A stretch of DNA of 64,000 nucleotides. It comes from Candidatus Omnitrophota bacterium. GTDB taxonomy: Bacteria; Omnitrophota; Gorgyraeia; JAGLLT01. The stretch is taken from contig DAOVJY010000003.1 in NCBI GenBank assembly GCA_030632085.1, forward strand, positions 23,809-87,808. Reading direction: 5' to 3'. Position 1 is the stretch's first letter, and the number at the start of each line of letters is the position of its first letter. The notes under the pieces were generated by a model, which worked only from the letters and a program-made list of their open reading frames with translations, did no database searches and had not been told where the DNA came from. Below, piece by piece: positions 35,270-44,837 of this stretch. The position numbers and the translations under genes are program-made.

Positions 35270-37087
35270 ATGAAAAACTTAAATTCCATCCTAAAACGCA
35301 TTGACTCTCATGATAACGCGGTTTATTTAGAAACCAACCGGTATGATAAAGACAATAAAACAACTTTGTTATTTTTAAAACCAAAAAAAATAATCACTTG
35401 TGTTGATGGTAGGAATTTAAAACAAAAAATAGAAGAGATAGAAAAAGAAATTAGTAAAGGCGGTTACGCGGCCGGTTTTTTTAGTTATGAAGCCGGTTAT
35501 TTTTTTGAAGAAGCCCTCTCAGGAAAAAGAAAATATAAATTTCCTTTGCTATGGTTTGGAATATTTAAGAAACCCCTCATAATTAAGCGAAGTTTAAAAG
35601 AACCGCTAAGAACCCCGGAAGTGTTTTTAGAAGAAACAAGCTTCAATATAAATTTCAAAAGATATCAAGCGGATATTAAGAAAATAAAAAAGCATATAGA
35701 AAAAGGTAATGTTTATCAGATAAATTACACCTTCAAGGATAGGTTTAATTATCCGGGTAATTGGTTAGATCTTTATCTAAGTTTAAGAAATTCGCAAAAA
35801 GTATCTTACTCGGGCATAATTAAATTTAATAATCACGTTGTTCTTTCCTTTTCACCTGAGTTATTCTTTAGAAGAGCCAAGAACATTATCGAAACCCGTC
35901 CTATGAAGGGAACTTATAAGCGCGGTAAAGATATAAAAGAAGATAAGTATAATATGCTAAAGTTAAAAAATTCCACAAAGGATCGCAGTGAAAATTTGAT
36001 GATTGTAGACCTTTTAAGAAATGACTTTGGCAGGATTTCAGATGCCGGTTCTGTTAAAACACAAGAACTTTTTAAAGTTGAAAAATATAAAACCTTATTT
36101 CAGATGATTTCTATAGTGAGAGGTAAACTTAAAAAAGATATATCTCTCTATGAGCTATTTGAAAGTATTTTTCCCTGCGGCTCGGTTACCGGAGCCCCAA
36201 AAATACGTGCCATGCAGATTATCAGAAACCTCGAAAAGGAACCGAGGGGTATATATACCGGTAGTATCGGTTATTTAACGCCCGAGAAAGAAGCTGTATT
36301 TAATGTGGCTATCAGAACCCTGGTTTTAGATACCGATAAGAAAAAAGCTGAAATGGGCATTGGAAGCGGTATAGTTTATGATTCCAAGGTTAAAAATGAG
36401 TTTAAGGAATGTCTTCTAAAGGTCGATTTCACTAAAAAGGCACTCTCGGATTTTAGATTAATCGAAACCATGCTTGTCAAGAAAAATAGAAAGATATACC
36501 TTTTAGCGGCTCATTTGAAAAGGCTAAAAAAATCTTTAAATTACTTTAATTTTTGTTATAATGAAAGCGTTATTAAAAACAAGCTTCAAAAGTATCTAAA
36601 GAAACTCAATAATTCAAAAATATACAAATTAAAATTACTGATTAGCAAAGACGGTTCTTTAATAATTAGCCATAGCCCTATAAAAGAGAGCCATCATAAA
36701 GGCCTGAAAGTGGTTATTTCCGGCAAAAGAAGCAACTCCGATAATATTTTTTTATATCATAAGACTACTAATAGGAGTTTTTATGATAATGAATATAAAA
36801 AAGCCATGGAAAAAGGTTTGACGGAGGTCTTATTCTTAAATGAGAGAAGTCAAGTGGCCGAAGGAGCTATATCTAATATAATAATTAAAAAAGACAACTG
36901 TTATTATACTCCGCCAGCTAATTGCGGTCTTTTAAGTGGTGTGTACAGGCAGCAGTTAATAAATAAAAAAAATTTTCCTCTTAAAGAAAAGATTCTTTAC
37001 AAGCAAGATTTATTGAGAGCAAATAAGATTTTCATTTGTAACTCCGTAAGGGGTTTGAGAGAAGTTAAACTTATATCGGGATATTAA
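35270..37087 (+). CDS. pabB: fused aminodeoxychorismate synthase component I (PabB) and class-IV aminotransferase (ADC lyase, PabC)
   Basis: Chorismate-binding core reads ETRPMKGTYKRG...NLMIVDLLRNDFGRIS...GSVTGAPK. The C-terminal 200 aa is a class IV aminotransferase-like fold. Confidence 0.7.
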   Translation: MKNLNSILKRIDSHDNAVYLETNRYDKDNKTTLLFLKPKKIITCVDGRNLKQKIEEIEKEISKGGYAAGFFSYEAGYFFEEALSGKRKYKFPLLWFGIFKKPLIIKRSLKEPLRTPEVFLEETSFNINFKRYQADIKKIKKHIEKGNVYQINYTFKDRFNYPGNWLDLYLSLRNSQKVSYSGIIKFNNHVVLSFSPELFFRRAKNIIETRPMKGTYKRGKDIKEDKYNMLKLKNSTKDRSENLMIVDLLRNDFGRISDAGSVKTQELFKVEKYKTLFQMISIVRGKLKKDISLYELFESIFPCGSVTGAPKIRAMQIIRNLEKEPRGIYTGSIGYLTPEKEAVFNVAIRTLVLDTDKKKAEMGIGSGIVYDSKVKNEFKECLLKVDFTKKALSDFRLIETMLVKKNRKIYLLAAHLKRLKKSLNYFNFCYNESVIKNKLQKYLKKLNNSKIYKLKLLISKDGSLIISHSPIKESHHKGLKVVISGKRSNSDNIFLYHKTTNRSFYDNEYKKAMEKGLTEVLFLNERSQVAEGAISNIIIKKDNCYYTPPANCGLLSGVYRQQLINKKNFPLKEKILYKQDLLRANKIFICNSVRGLREVKLISGY

Positions 37088-38790
37088 TGACATATCAGGC
37101 TTTTGCCCTAAAATGGAGGCCAAAAACCTTTAGCGAGGTTGTAGGCCAGGATCATATTACCACTACCCTGGAAAATGCCTTGAAAGCAGACAGGATAGCT
37201 CACGCTTATCTTTTTTCGGGCTCCAGAGGCACAGGTAAAACATCTACAGCCAGGATACTGGCTAAATCTCTTAATTGCTTAAAATCTCCGGGGTCCAAAC
37301 CCTGCAATAAATGCCAGAACTGTTTTGAAATAGATAAATCCAATAGCCTGGATGTTCTTGAAATTGATGGTGCCTCAAGGACGAAAGTTGAAGACATGAG
37401 GTCACTTCTTGAGAATGTTAAGCTTTCCCCTTCAAACAGTAAATATAAAATCTATATTATAGATGAAGTGCACATGCTTTCAACCTCTTCTTTTAACGCG
37501 CTTTTAAAAACATTAGAAGAGCCACCCGCGCATGTTAAGTTTATCTTTGCCACCACTCAACCGAGCAAGATTTTAGCCACGGTAATTTCAAGATGCCAGC
37601 GATTTGATTTTAGGCGCATTACTACTAAAGAAATAGCCAATAAATTAAAAGACATAGCTAAAAAAGAGAAAATAAAAATTAATGATGAAGCGGTTTTTGC
37701 CATTGCCAGATCGGTTAATGGGGGCTTGAGGGACGCGGAGTCATTGCTGGATCAGATTTCGTCATATACAGACAAAGAAATAGCTGTTGATGACGTAAAT
37801 AATATTTTAGGGGCGGCAGGCAAAGAAGTAATTTTTAACCTCACCGATTGCATCATCAAAAAAGATACCCAGAAGGCTATTTCAATAATAAATGAGCTTA
37901 TTGTAAAAGGCGGAGAGATAGCCGTTTTTCTTAATGAATTTATCTCCCACACGCGGGATATGCTTATTGCCAGGGAAATAGACAGTTGTAAAGATTTAAT
38001 TGATGCTGCCGATGAAAGCATTAAAAAGATAAAGGAGCAGACGCAATCATTCACCCTAGAGGAATTACTTTATATTTATAGTCTGCTTTCCAGAGCCCGG
38101 TATGATATTCAAAGGGCGCCCTTAAGCCGCATTCCGGTGGAGATGCTTTTTATTAAATTGACAGGTGACTTTGAAAAAGTCAATGTTCGAGAATTGTTAT
38201 CTAAAATTGATGATATTGAAGATAAAATAGATTCAAACGACAGTCAACCTCTGATACAGGAAAAAATACCGCTAAAACCTGAAAAAAAAATCATTATAAA
38301 AGAAGAGAAAGCGGATGAAAAAGAAATGCCGGAAGATATCTATGATGAGTCTGAGATGGCTGCCTTCGATTCCGGCTTTAATCGGAATGACTTTAAGTCT
38401 ACCTGGGATAAAGCTTGCCAGGTTATAAAAAGAGTTAAAACATCCATAGGGCTTTATATATCTGAAGGTGAAGCGGTAAATTTTGACGGTAAAGTTATAA
38501 CTATCGGTTTTTATCCGGGATTTGCTTTTCATAGGGAAAACTTGGAAGATAAGGCTAATAAAAAATTGGTTGAAGATACCTTCTCAGAGTTGCTTGGCAA
38601 AAAAACAACAATAAAGTTAGTTGATATTACCACAAGGAAAAAAGAAGTTGCCCGAAAGGCTAAAAAGGCGGAATCTAAAGCGGAAGCGCCGGAAGAAAAA
38701 GCGAATGTAAATAATCCCATAATTTCTTCCGCTCAGAAGTTATTTGACGGGTTGTTTGTAAAAAAAGAGAATAAAGGATATTCTTCATAA
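37087..38790 (+). CDS. dnaX: DNA polymerase III subunit gamma/tau
   Basis: AAA+ clamp-loader motifs AHAYLFSGSRGTGKTS, the zinc module CLKSPGSKPCNKCQNC and SRC (VISRCQRF). Confidence 0.85.
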   Translation: MTYQAFALKWRPKTFSEVVGQDHITTTLENALKADRIAHAYLFSGSRGTGKTSTARILAKSLNCLKSPGSKPCNKCQNCFEIDKSNSLDVLEIDGASRTKVEDMRSLLENVKLSPSNSKYKIYIIDEVHMLSTSSFNALLKTLEEPPAHVKFIFATTQPSKILATVISRCQRFDFRRITTKEIANKLKDIAKKEKIKINDEAVFAIARSVNGGLRDAESLLDQISSYTDKEIAVDDVNNILGAAGKEVIFNLTDCIIKKDTQKAISIINELIVKGGEIAVFLNEFISHTRDMLIAREIDSCKDLIDAADESIKKIKEQTQSFTLEELLYIYSLLSRARYDIQRAPLSRIPVEMLFIKLTGDFEKVNVRELLSKIDDIEDKIDSNDSQPLIQEKIPLKPEKKIIIKEEKADEKEMPEDIYDESEMAAFDSGFNRNDFKSTWDKACQVIKRVKTSIGLYISEGEAVNFDGKVITIGFYPGFAFHRENLEDKANKKLVEDTFSELLGKKTTIKLVDITTRKKEVARKAKKAESKAEAPEEKANVNNPIISSAQKLFDGLFVKKENKGYSS

Positions 38791-38799
38791 GGGATTTTT

Positions 38800-39402
38800 A
38801 TGTCGGCATATACAAAATCCATAGAAAAGCTTATCAAAGAACTTTCCCGGCTTCCGGGAATAGGCCCTCGTTCGGCAGAAAGAATTACTTTTGCTATTCT
38901 TAATGACAAAAAGGTTGATGCCTTGGGTTTGTCTGAAGCTATCAGTGACGTAAAAAATAAAACCGTACATTGTAAAATTTGTTTCGCGTTATCAGAAGGA
39001 GATATCTGTAATATCTGCGATAATGAACAAAGAGATAAAAGTATTATCTGTGTAGTAGAAAAATCAGCTGATATTTTTGCTATTGAAAGAAGCCATGAAT
39101 ATAAAGGGCTTTATCATGTTTTAGGAGGTAAATTAGCTCCTCTGGAGGGCATAGGGCCAGATCAGATTAAGGTAAAAGAATTAATAGAAAGGCTTAATAA
39201 GGGAAAAACAGAGGAGGTGATACTAGCTTTAAGTTCTGATACAGAAGGGGAAATAACGGCATTGTTTATATCCAGATTGCTTTCAAAAAAGAAAGTAAAA
39301 GTAACAAGATTGGCTCAAGGTTTGCCTGTGGGAGGCGATATAGAGTTCGTTGATGAGATAACTTTAGGCAGAGCTCTTGAGAATCGAAGAGAAATAACTT
39401 AA
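38800..39402 (+). CDS. recR: recombination protein RecR
   Basis: HhH LPGIGPRSAERI, C4 zinc finger CKICFALSEGDICNIC and Toprim. In the canonical position after dnaX. No ybaB lies between them. Confidence 0.85.
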   Translation: MSAYTKSIEKLIKELSRLPGIGPRSAERITFAILNDKKVDALGLSEAISDVKNKTVHCKICFALSEGDICNICDNEQRDKSIICVVEKSADIFAIERSHEYKGLYHVLGGKLAPLEGIGPDQIKVKELIERLNKGKTEEVILALSSDTEGEITALFISRLLSKKKVKVTRLAQGLPVGGDIEFVDEITLGRALENRREIT

Positions 39403-39456
39403 ATATTGACAGAAATAATCTAAGTTGGTATAATTTTAACCCTAATTGGAAAAGCC

Positions 39457-39675
39457 ATGGAAATCGAAGTTTACAAGAGTAATGACAATATGTATGTCGC
39501 GGCCTGCCCCGAGTTAGAGCTCTTTTCTAAGGGCAGAACGGAAGAAGAGGCTATAAGAAGATTAGAAGATTCAATAAGTAGGCATTTATTAGCTCAGGAA
39601 AAAAGGGCTAAAGCTCAGGACGACATAAAGGATACGGCAAACTTCTATAGCTTGCACCATCCTCAAATACATTAA
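39457..39675 (+). CDS. HicB-like (UPF0150) antitoxin-fold protein, orphan
   Basis: YVAACPELELFSKGRTEEEAIRRLEDSI is typical of the HicB/UPF0150 fold. No adjacent HicA was seen. Confidence 0.5.
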   Translation: MEIEVYKSNDNMYVAACPELELFSKGRTEEEAIRRLEDSISRHLLAQEKRAKAQDDIKDTANFYSLHHPQIH

Positions 39676-39754
39676 AAAATTCCTCGGCCACGCTCGTCAT
39701 CGCAAGTATGAAGCTTGCTCAGGCGTTGCGGGCGAGTGGCGTGTACTTGAAAAC

Positions 39755-39830
39755 ATGTTTTATACTTATGTACTTAAAAGTGACAAAGATAATAAATTAT
39801 ATATAGGATTTACTACTGATATAATTAAAT
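39755..39830 (+). pseudogene. GIY-YIG nuclease N-terminal fragment (about 25 codons), truncated at the tRNA-Asn junction
   Basis: MFYTYVLKSDKDNKLYIGFTTDI matches the GIY-YIG (UPF0213) N-terminus; compare the intact paralog at 61745. The reading frame runs into the tRNA. Confidence 0.45.
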
Positions 39831-39906
39831 TCCTCGGTGGCTCAGTTGGTAGAGCGGGTGACTGTTAATCACTAGGTCGTAGGTTCGAGTCCTACCCGGG
39901 GAGCCA
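39831..39906 (+). tRNA. tRNA-Asn (anticodon GUU)
   Basis: Acceptor TCCTCGG/CCGGGGA, D-arm GCTCAGTTGGTAGAGC, anticodon loop CTGTTAA, T-arm GTAGGTTCGAGTCCTAC, then GCCA. Confidence 0.8.
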
Positions 39907-40317
39907 ACATACCCCAATGTTGATAACACAACATTGTTTATGATAGAACAACCTGAAAAAGGAGGTGATGTGTAATGAATAAGATAATATCTTGGATATT
40001 ATCTAAGATTACACCGCAACTCCAGCCTCCTCGATTTAAAACCCGGCCAAGTAAATAAAACTCTATTTACCGTCGGATACTTTTAAATAAGGAATTCTTA
40101 GGGTTGTTTTGAAGGATGTTTTGCTTTGGAAGAGTTAATGCTCTAAGCCGAAGTTCTGTTTTATTATTGAATTTCATAGAGGATAAAAGGCACAATAAAG
40201 TGGAGGTAGCAGATACCTTTAATGGAGCTTTCGTTGAAGCCTGCTACTAAAACATCCCAAGTTTAAATGTAAGCAACTTCATGCCATAACGCAAAACGGA
40301 GACATAACTCTTATTTC

Positions 40318-41118
40318 TTGTACATTTATATGAAAAAAGCACCTATAAAAAAATCCATTAAATTCGATTTGATAAATAATGCCAGAAGCTCCTTAAATCA
40401 TGCTGTTGCCCATCTTACTAACTTAGATGGAACAAAAGAAGATGATCTTAAGTTTGCAATTCGGGATGTTGCACATGTTGTTGAGCTTTTGCTTAAAGAA
40501 TGCTTGAGACGTATTCATCCAGCTTTTATCTGGCAAAATGTCGATAAATATCCCTCAGAAGCTCATACCGTGCACACAAATACGGCGGTTAGAAGACTCT
40601 TAAAAATAGGCGGCATCAATTTAGATGAAGAAGATCAACAAACAATAGATGCCTGTAGAAAATTTAGGAATAAGGTTGAACATTATGAATTTGAATTAAA
40701 TACCAAAGAAACAGAAGTTATTATAGGAAGGATGTTATCTTTTATATTTAATTTCTCGAATAAGCATTTAGGACTTAATTTAGAAAAAGAATTTCGTAGT
40801 GATGATACATGGAAAGCACTTATTGAGATGTATGAATTTTGGGAAGCGCATCATGTTGGAGTTGAGAAACAGCTAGAAAATGAAGGGAAGCATGTTGTTG
40901 AATGCCCTTCATGTGGGGCAATAACATTTGATCTTGAAGTAGGAGAATGCGCCTTGTGTGACCATACAGAGACAATGGTCAAATGTGATATTTGTGATGA
41001 AAAAGTGCTGGATTCAGAAATTGAAGCATGTGGAGATGCTGATATGGGCGATGAAGTTCTTGTTTGCAAAAGCTGTATAGAGGCTCAGGCAGAAGCTTAT
41101 TATGGAGAAGGATATTGA
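40318..41118 (+). CDS. hypothetical protein with HEPN-like Rx4H motif and C-terminal multi-Cys zinc ribbon
   Basis: CRKFRNKVEHYEF fits R-N-x-x-x-H. The C-terminus has CPSCG...CALCD...CDICD...CKSC. The likely start is Met at 40330. Confidence 0.45.
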   Translation: MYIYMKKAPIKKSIKFDLINNARSSLNHAVAHLTNLDGTKEDDLKFAIRDVAHVVELLLKECLRRIHPAFIWQNVDKYPSEAHTVHTNTAVRRLLKIGGINLDEEDQQTIDACRKFRNKVEHYEFELNTKETEVIIGRMLSFIFNFSNKHLGLNLEKEFRSDDTWKALIEMYEFWEAHHVGVEKQLENEGKHVVECPSCGAITFDLEVGECALCDHTETMVKCDICDEKVLDSEIEACGDADMGDEVLVCKSCIEAQAEAYYGEGY

Positions 41119-41239
41119 TAATGGGTTTATGTGAAAATGGATAAAACAAAGCTTAAAACAATAAAATCCCTCACTGCCCAATTTGAACAATTCCTCAAAG
41201 CCTGCAAAGGCGAAGGCGACACTACCATAAATGATGTCC

Positions 41240-42787
41240 TTAAGCGTCTTGAAGATCTAAAAAAGGAAACTTAACTCCAGGCGTATAATACACAATTTCA
41301 ATTTCTTCTTCTTTTATTATAATCTTCTCAATAAACTTCTTCAAAAACTCTCGTTTTTCTTGAATATTATTGCCTATAAAAGTTACTTCCATTTCTTTTC
41401 TAAAATTATCTATCATTGTTCTTGAGATGTGTATTGGCCGATGCCGGCTATTTAAATTCTCATAATACGCTATTTCTTCTTGAAGAGAATCTTTTTGACT
41501 TTTTAATTCTTTTAACCTCGGAGCAACAAGGGCTACATCAATAATCCCACTTTCAATAGCTTCATACTGTCTCATAACACGATTATGCAAATCGCTAGCT
41601 TTTTTCTTAAGGTCTGTTATTTTCATCCAATAGTCAGTTCTTAAAGATTTAGCAGCTTGGTTTATATCATCAACCAAATTTTTCATATTCTCATCTGAAA
41701 AAAGAAGATCTTTTACTCTTTCAATTATTTCGTTATCAAGTTCATCCGCACGCACTCTATAACCGGAACAAACATCTTTACCCTTTTTAGAATAAGTTAT
41801 ACAGTTGTAATAGGCATATTTTTTATCTCTGCCATAGCCGGTCACGCCATAAGTAGCATTACATTTACCGCATCTCATTAGACCGGATAGAAGATAAGAG
41901 CTTGAAGTCACTCTTGCTGGTTGATTTTTAGGTTGCCTTTTTTCAATAAGTCTTTGTACTTTGTTGAATAAATCTTCGCTTATAATAGCCTCGTGAGTAT
42001 TTTTAATAATAATCCACTGGTCTTTTGGCTTAAATTGCTTGCCGTAAGTTTTTTTATCCCTTTTATTAAATACTGTCCAGCCGATGTGCGATTCATTCCT
42101 CAATACATTTGCCACAGTGGATTTGCTCCAATTGCCGCCTGATCGTGGTTTATGATCATGGGTATTAAGATAAGTAACAATATTCTTAAGTCCATTGCCT
42201 TTGACGTATAATTCAAAGATAAGTTTAACTATTGCTGCTTCAGATTCATTGATTTCGTATTTTGTTCTTTGATTTTTATTTTCATCATAAATATGCACAT
42301 TTTTATAGCCGAAAGCTGCATATCCGCCATTTCGGTAGCCTTTCCTGGTATTTTCAATTAATCCTCTCAAAGTCTCTTGCCCTAAGACAGCGCTGTAAAA
42401 TTCATCAATAACCTCAATCATTCCTTCCATTAATTGTCCTTGAGGTGTATTATCTATTGGCTCTGATATTGAAATAACTTCGACTCCGCGCTTTTTTAAC
42501 ATAGCTTTATAGATGATGCTATCTTGCCTATTTCTTGCAAATCTGGATAATTTCCAAACTAAAATAGCTTGAAACGTTGGAAACTTTTTCTTAGTTTCTG
42601 CTATCATTTTTAAAAAAGCCGGCCTGTCAGTTGATAGAGCGCTTTCAGCTTCATCTATATATTCTTTATAGACTGCCATGTTATGCTTTAAGGCATATTC
42701 ATGAAGAAGTCTTAGTTGAGATGGTATGCTATTATTCTTATCAGCTTGTTGGTTACTTGATACGCGAGCATATAAAGCTACTTTCAT
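41240..42787 (-). CDS. large serine recombinase (resolvase/invertase N-domain + recombinase domain + zinc ribbon)
   Basis: N-terminus MKVALYARVSSNQQ carries the catalytic Ser. The protein is 515 aa, with a CGKCNATYG...YYNC zinc ribbon. Confidence 0.8.
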   Translation of the reverse strand: MKVALYARVSSNQQADKNNSIPSQLRLLHEYALKHNMAVYKEYIDEAESALSTDRPAFLKMIAETKKKFPTFQAILVWKLSRFARNRQDSIIYKAMLKKRGVEVISISEPIDNTPQGQLMEGMIEVIDEFYSAVLGQETLRGLIENTRKGYRNGGYAAFGYKNVHIYDENKNQRTKYEINESEAAIVKLIFELYVKGNGLKNIVTYLNTHDHKPRSGGNWSKSTVANVLRNESHIGWTVFNKRDKKTYGKQFKPKDQWIIIKNTHEAIISEDLFNKVQRLIEKRQPKNQPARVTSSSYLLSGLMRCGKCNATYGVTGYGRDKKYAYYNCITYSKKGKDVCSGYRVRADELDNEIIERVKDLLFSDENMKNLVDDINQAAKSLRTDYWMKITDLKKKASDLHNRVMRQYEAIESGIIDVALVAPRLKELKSQKDSLQEEIAYYENLNSRHRPIHISRTMIDNFRKEMEVTFIGNNIQEKREFLKKFIEKIIIKEEEIEIVYYTPGVKFPFLDLQDA

Positions 42788-42963
42788 TTTGCTACCACCT
42801 CCAATTCTTTTTGTTCAATGACGATATAATTATCTGTGTATATGGCTTGATTTTTAGCCTTGTTTGCGAAAAAATGAGCTAACTCTTTTACTTTAGATTT
42901 ATACCACTGCTCAACAGAGGGGTTATTATTTTTACTTATAGTCTCTGCAATCTTAACGTTCAT
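42784..42963 (-). CDS. small hypothetical protein translationally coupled to the serine recombinase
   Basis: Manually read 59-aa ORF, MNVKIAETISKNNNPSVEQWYKSKVKELAHFF... Its stop overlaps the recombinase ATG (ATGA). Confidence 0.35.
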   Translation of the reverse strand: MNVKIAETISKNNNPSVEQWYKSKVKELAHFFANKAKNQAIYTDNYIVIEQKELEVVAK

Positions 42964-43252
42964 TTTTCACCTCCAGGTCAATTGTGTTATAAATTCTTAT
43001 ATGGATATTGCAGGTTAGGTTATATTCTTTACTTAAAAGCCTAACTATTCTGCACATCCTTAATGCCATAGGCAAAATAAAGGGAAGAGAGGTACGCATC
43101 TTTTGCCGGTCCAAAATATTTATTCTCTCTTTGACAAGCGAAATATGTATCATGACAGGCCTCCTTTCGGTTATTTACTTTAAACTTTTAAAGTAAAAGG
43201 ATAAAAAATATATGGTTACTTTAAAGTTTTCAAGTAAATGTTTAAAAAAATA

Positions 43253-43429
43253 TTACTTTTCATATCTTTTAATATATTCGTCTACACTTTCCTGTGAAAA
43301 AAACTTATATTTTCCTGCAACAGACTCCGGCTTTATCCGGCCTTCTTTTATGAGCCAGTGTATACCCTGGGGTGTCTTGTTTAACATCTTTGCAACCTCT
43401 TTAACGGTTAATAATTTTTTCTCTTCCAT
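43253..43429 (-). CDS. Xis-like HTH DNA-binding protein (excisionase/HTH_17-like)
   Basis: Manually read 58-aa ORF, MEEKKLLTVKEVAKMLNKTPQGIHWLIKEGRIKPE... The pattern is typical of the excisionase/MerR-like HTH. Confidence 0.45.
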   Translation of the reverse strand: MEEKKLLTVKEVAKMLNKTPQGIHWLIKEGRIKPESVAGKYKFFSQESVDEYIKRYEK

Positions 43430-43860
43430 ACAACTATAATGGTAGCATATTACTTTAAAGTTGTCAAGTAAAATTTTTTATATTTTTATTTATTTGGTAA
43501 ATATTTGACAAACGCGCCAATAAGTTGTAGGATGTGACCAATACCTCTAAGGAGGTGGTGCTTTATTTCAAAGTTTTTGTCAAAGGGCCCAGGTCTCACT
43601 ATAGTCACATAGCTCACTGGAATGAAAATTGAATTGGTTTAGGAGTTGGGGCCCATCAAAAAGCCAGACCCATTAAATTATAGGACGTGGGCTATGACAT
43701 GTCCTATTCTTCTTGACACCTTTCTTGAAAATCAAATATATCACAATCAAGAGGATACAATACCTAAGTAATTGACAAAACACGACTACTTTGCTAAAAT
43801 TAATCCATGCCAAGAATAGCAAGAGCAGTAGTGTTAAATTACCCTCACCACATAATCTAA

Positions 43861-44106
43861 AGAGGTAATAGAAGGCAAGAGGTATTTTTCGAAGAAAGTG
43901 ATTATAAAAAGTATTTATACTTGATTAAAGATAATTCTGCATGCTTTAAATTAAAAGTATTATCTTATTGTCTAATGTTTGATCACATGCACTTAATAGT
44001 TATTTCTCAAGAGAAGGATAGTTTTGCCCAGGGCATTGGAGAAACTCACCGCAGTTACACCAGATATATGGTATTAAATCCAGTTGAAGCAAAAATCGCA
44101 AAGTAA
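43861..44106 (+). pseudogene. IS200/IS605-RAYT-like Y1 transposase fragment (HuH transposase remnant)
   Basis: HuH motif in YCLMFDHMHLIV and the RAYT C-terminal motif RYMVLNPVEAKIAK. It has no proper start and only about 80 aa of a roughly 140-aa protein. Confidence 0.6.
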
Positions 44107-44358
44107 GCTAAGGAAAGGACTATGAATGGTTAAAAAAGCGGAAGAGGGCAGGCAAAAAAGCGAATGTTTTGCTTAAGCCTAGTTTAATTTTATTTGACTT
44201 TATTATATTAACCAAGTATAATTAAGAGGAAATGAAGCAGTTTGAATCAAGCTTATTATTGGTATATAGTAGTGAGGTAATTTTAGGGTTATTATTATCG
44301 TTGCTGTTTTATTTTATTCCATTGGTTTTTGCTATGTTACATAAAGTTAGAAATTAAT

Positions 44359-44568
44359 ATGCCTACTCAAGAAAATAATAAAAGAGAAAATTTTTTAAAA
44401 GCTTACGCAAATCTTCCATTAAATACACGAAAAGAAGTCATTCTCATTTTAGATTTAGGAGAAAAAAAACAACCTATTACTTGGGAAGTTGCTTATCTTG
44501 AAATAAGAAATAATACGCAGGAGAGTAAAAGAATTTTAGAAAAATTAGAAAAATTAGGATTAATTTAA
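44359..44568 (+). CDS. small hypothetical protein (first gene of a three-gene cassette)
   Basis: MPTQENNKRENFLKAYANLPLNTRKEV... Its stop overlaps the next start (TAATG). Confidence 0.35.
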   Translation: MPTQENNKRENFLKAYANLPLNTRKEVILILDLGEKKQPITWEVAYLEIRNNTQESKRILEKLEKLGLI

Positions 44569-44825
44569 TGGCAAGGGAAGAAGAATTAAAAAAATCAGGA
44601 AAAATTTCAGAAGATCTCAAAAATTTAGTAATTTATAGGCTTGACACTCTACCTTCGGATAAAAAAATTTCTATTGGTTCATCTGGCGAGTTTTCTAAAT
44701 CCGAATTAATTGAGCATGTAAAAAGAGGGGATGGTATTGGGCAACAAATCGCCGATATTGAAATAACCTTTTTAAGAGCTTTAAAGGATGGGACTTTGTT
44801 GGAAGATATGATCCGATTAGATTGA
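44568..44825 (+). CDS. small hypothetical protein (second gene of the cassette)
   Basis: ORF of 85 aa, translationally coupled on both sides. Confidence 0.4.
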   Translation: MAREEELKKSGKISEDLKNLVIYRLDTLPSDKKISIGSSGEFSKSELIEHVKRGDGIGQQIADIEITFLRALKDGTLLEDMIRLD

Positions 44826-44837
44826 TGGCAGAATTAT

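Noticed and set aside
39690-39786. A 31-aa ORF, MKLAQALRASGVYLKTCF..., downstream of hicB, considered as a possible HicA toxin.
   Set aside because: It is too short and unlike HicA (no dsRBD-like motif). The overlapping GIY-YIG fragment in another frame explains the region better.
42953-43439. Track ORFs 42953-43153 (minus), 43008-43196 (plus) and 43212-43439 (plus).
   Set aside because: They overlap each other in an AT-rich intergenic stretch. Only the manually read minus-strand 43253-43429 Xis-like frame has a meaningful HTH-like sequence.
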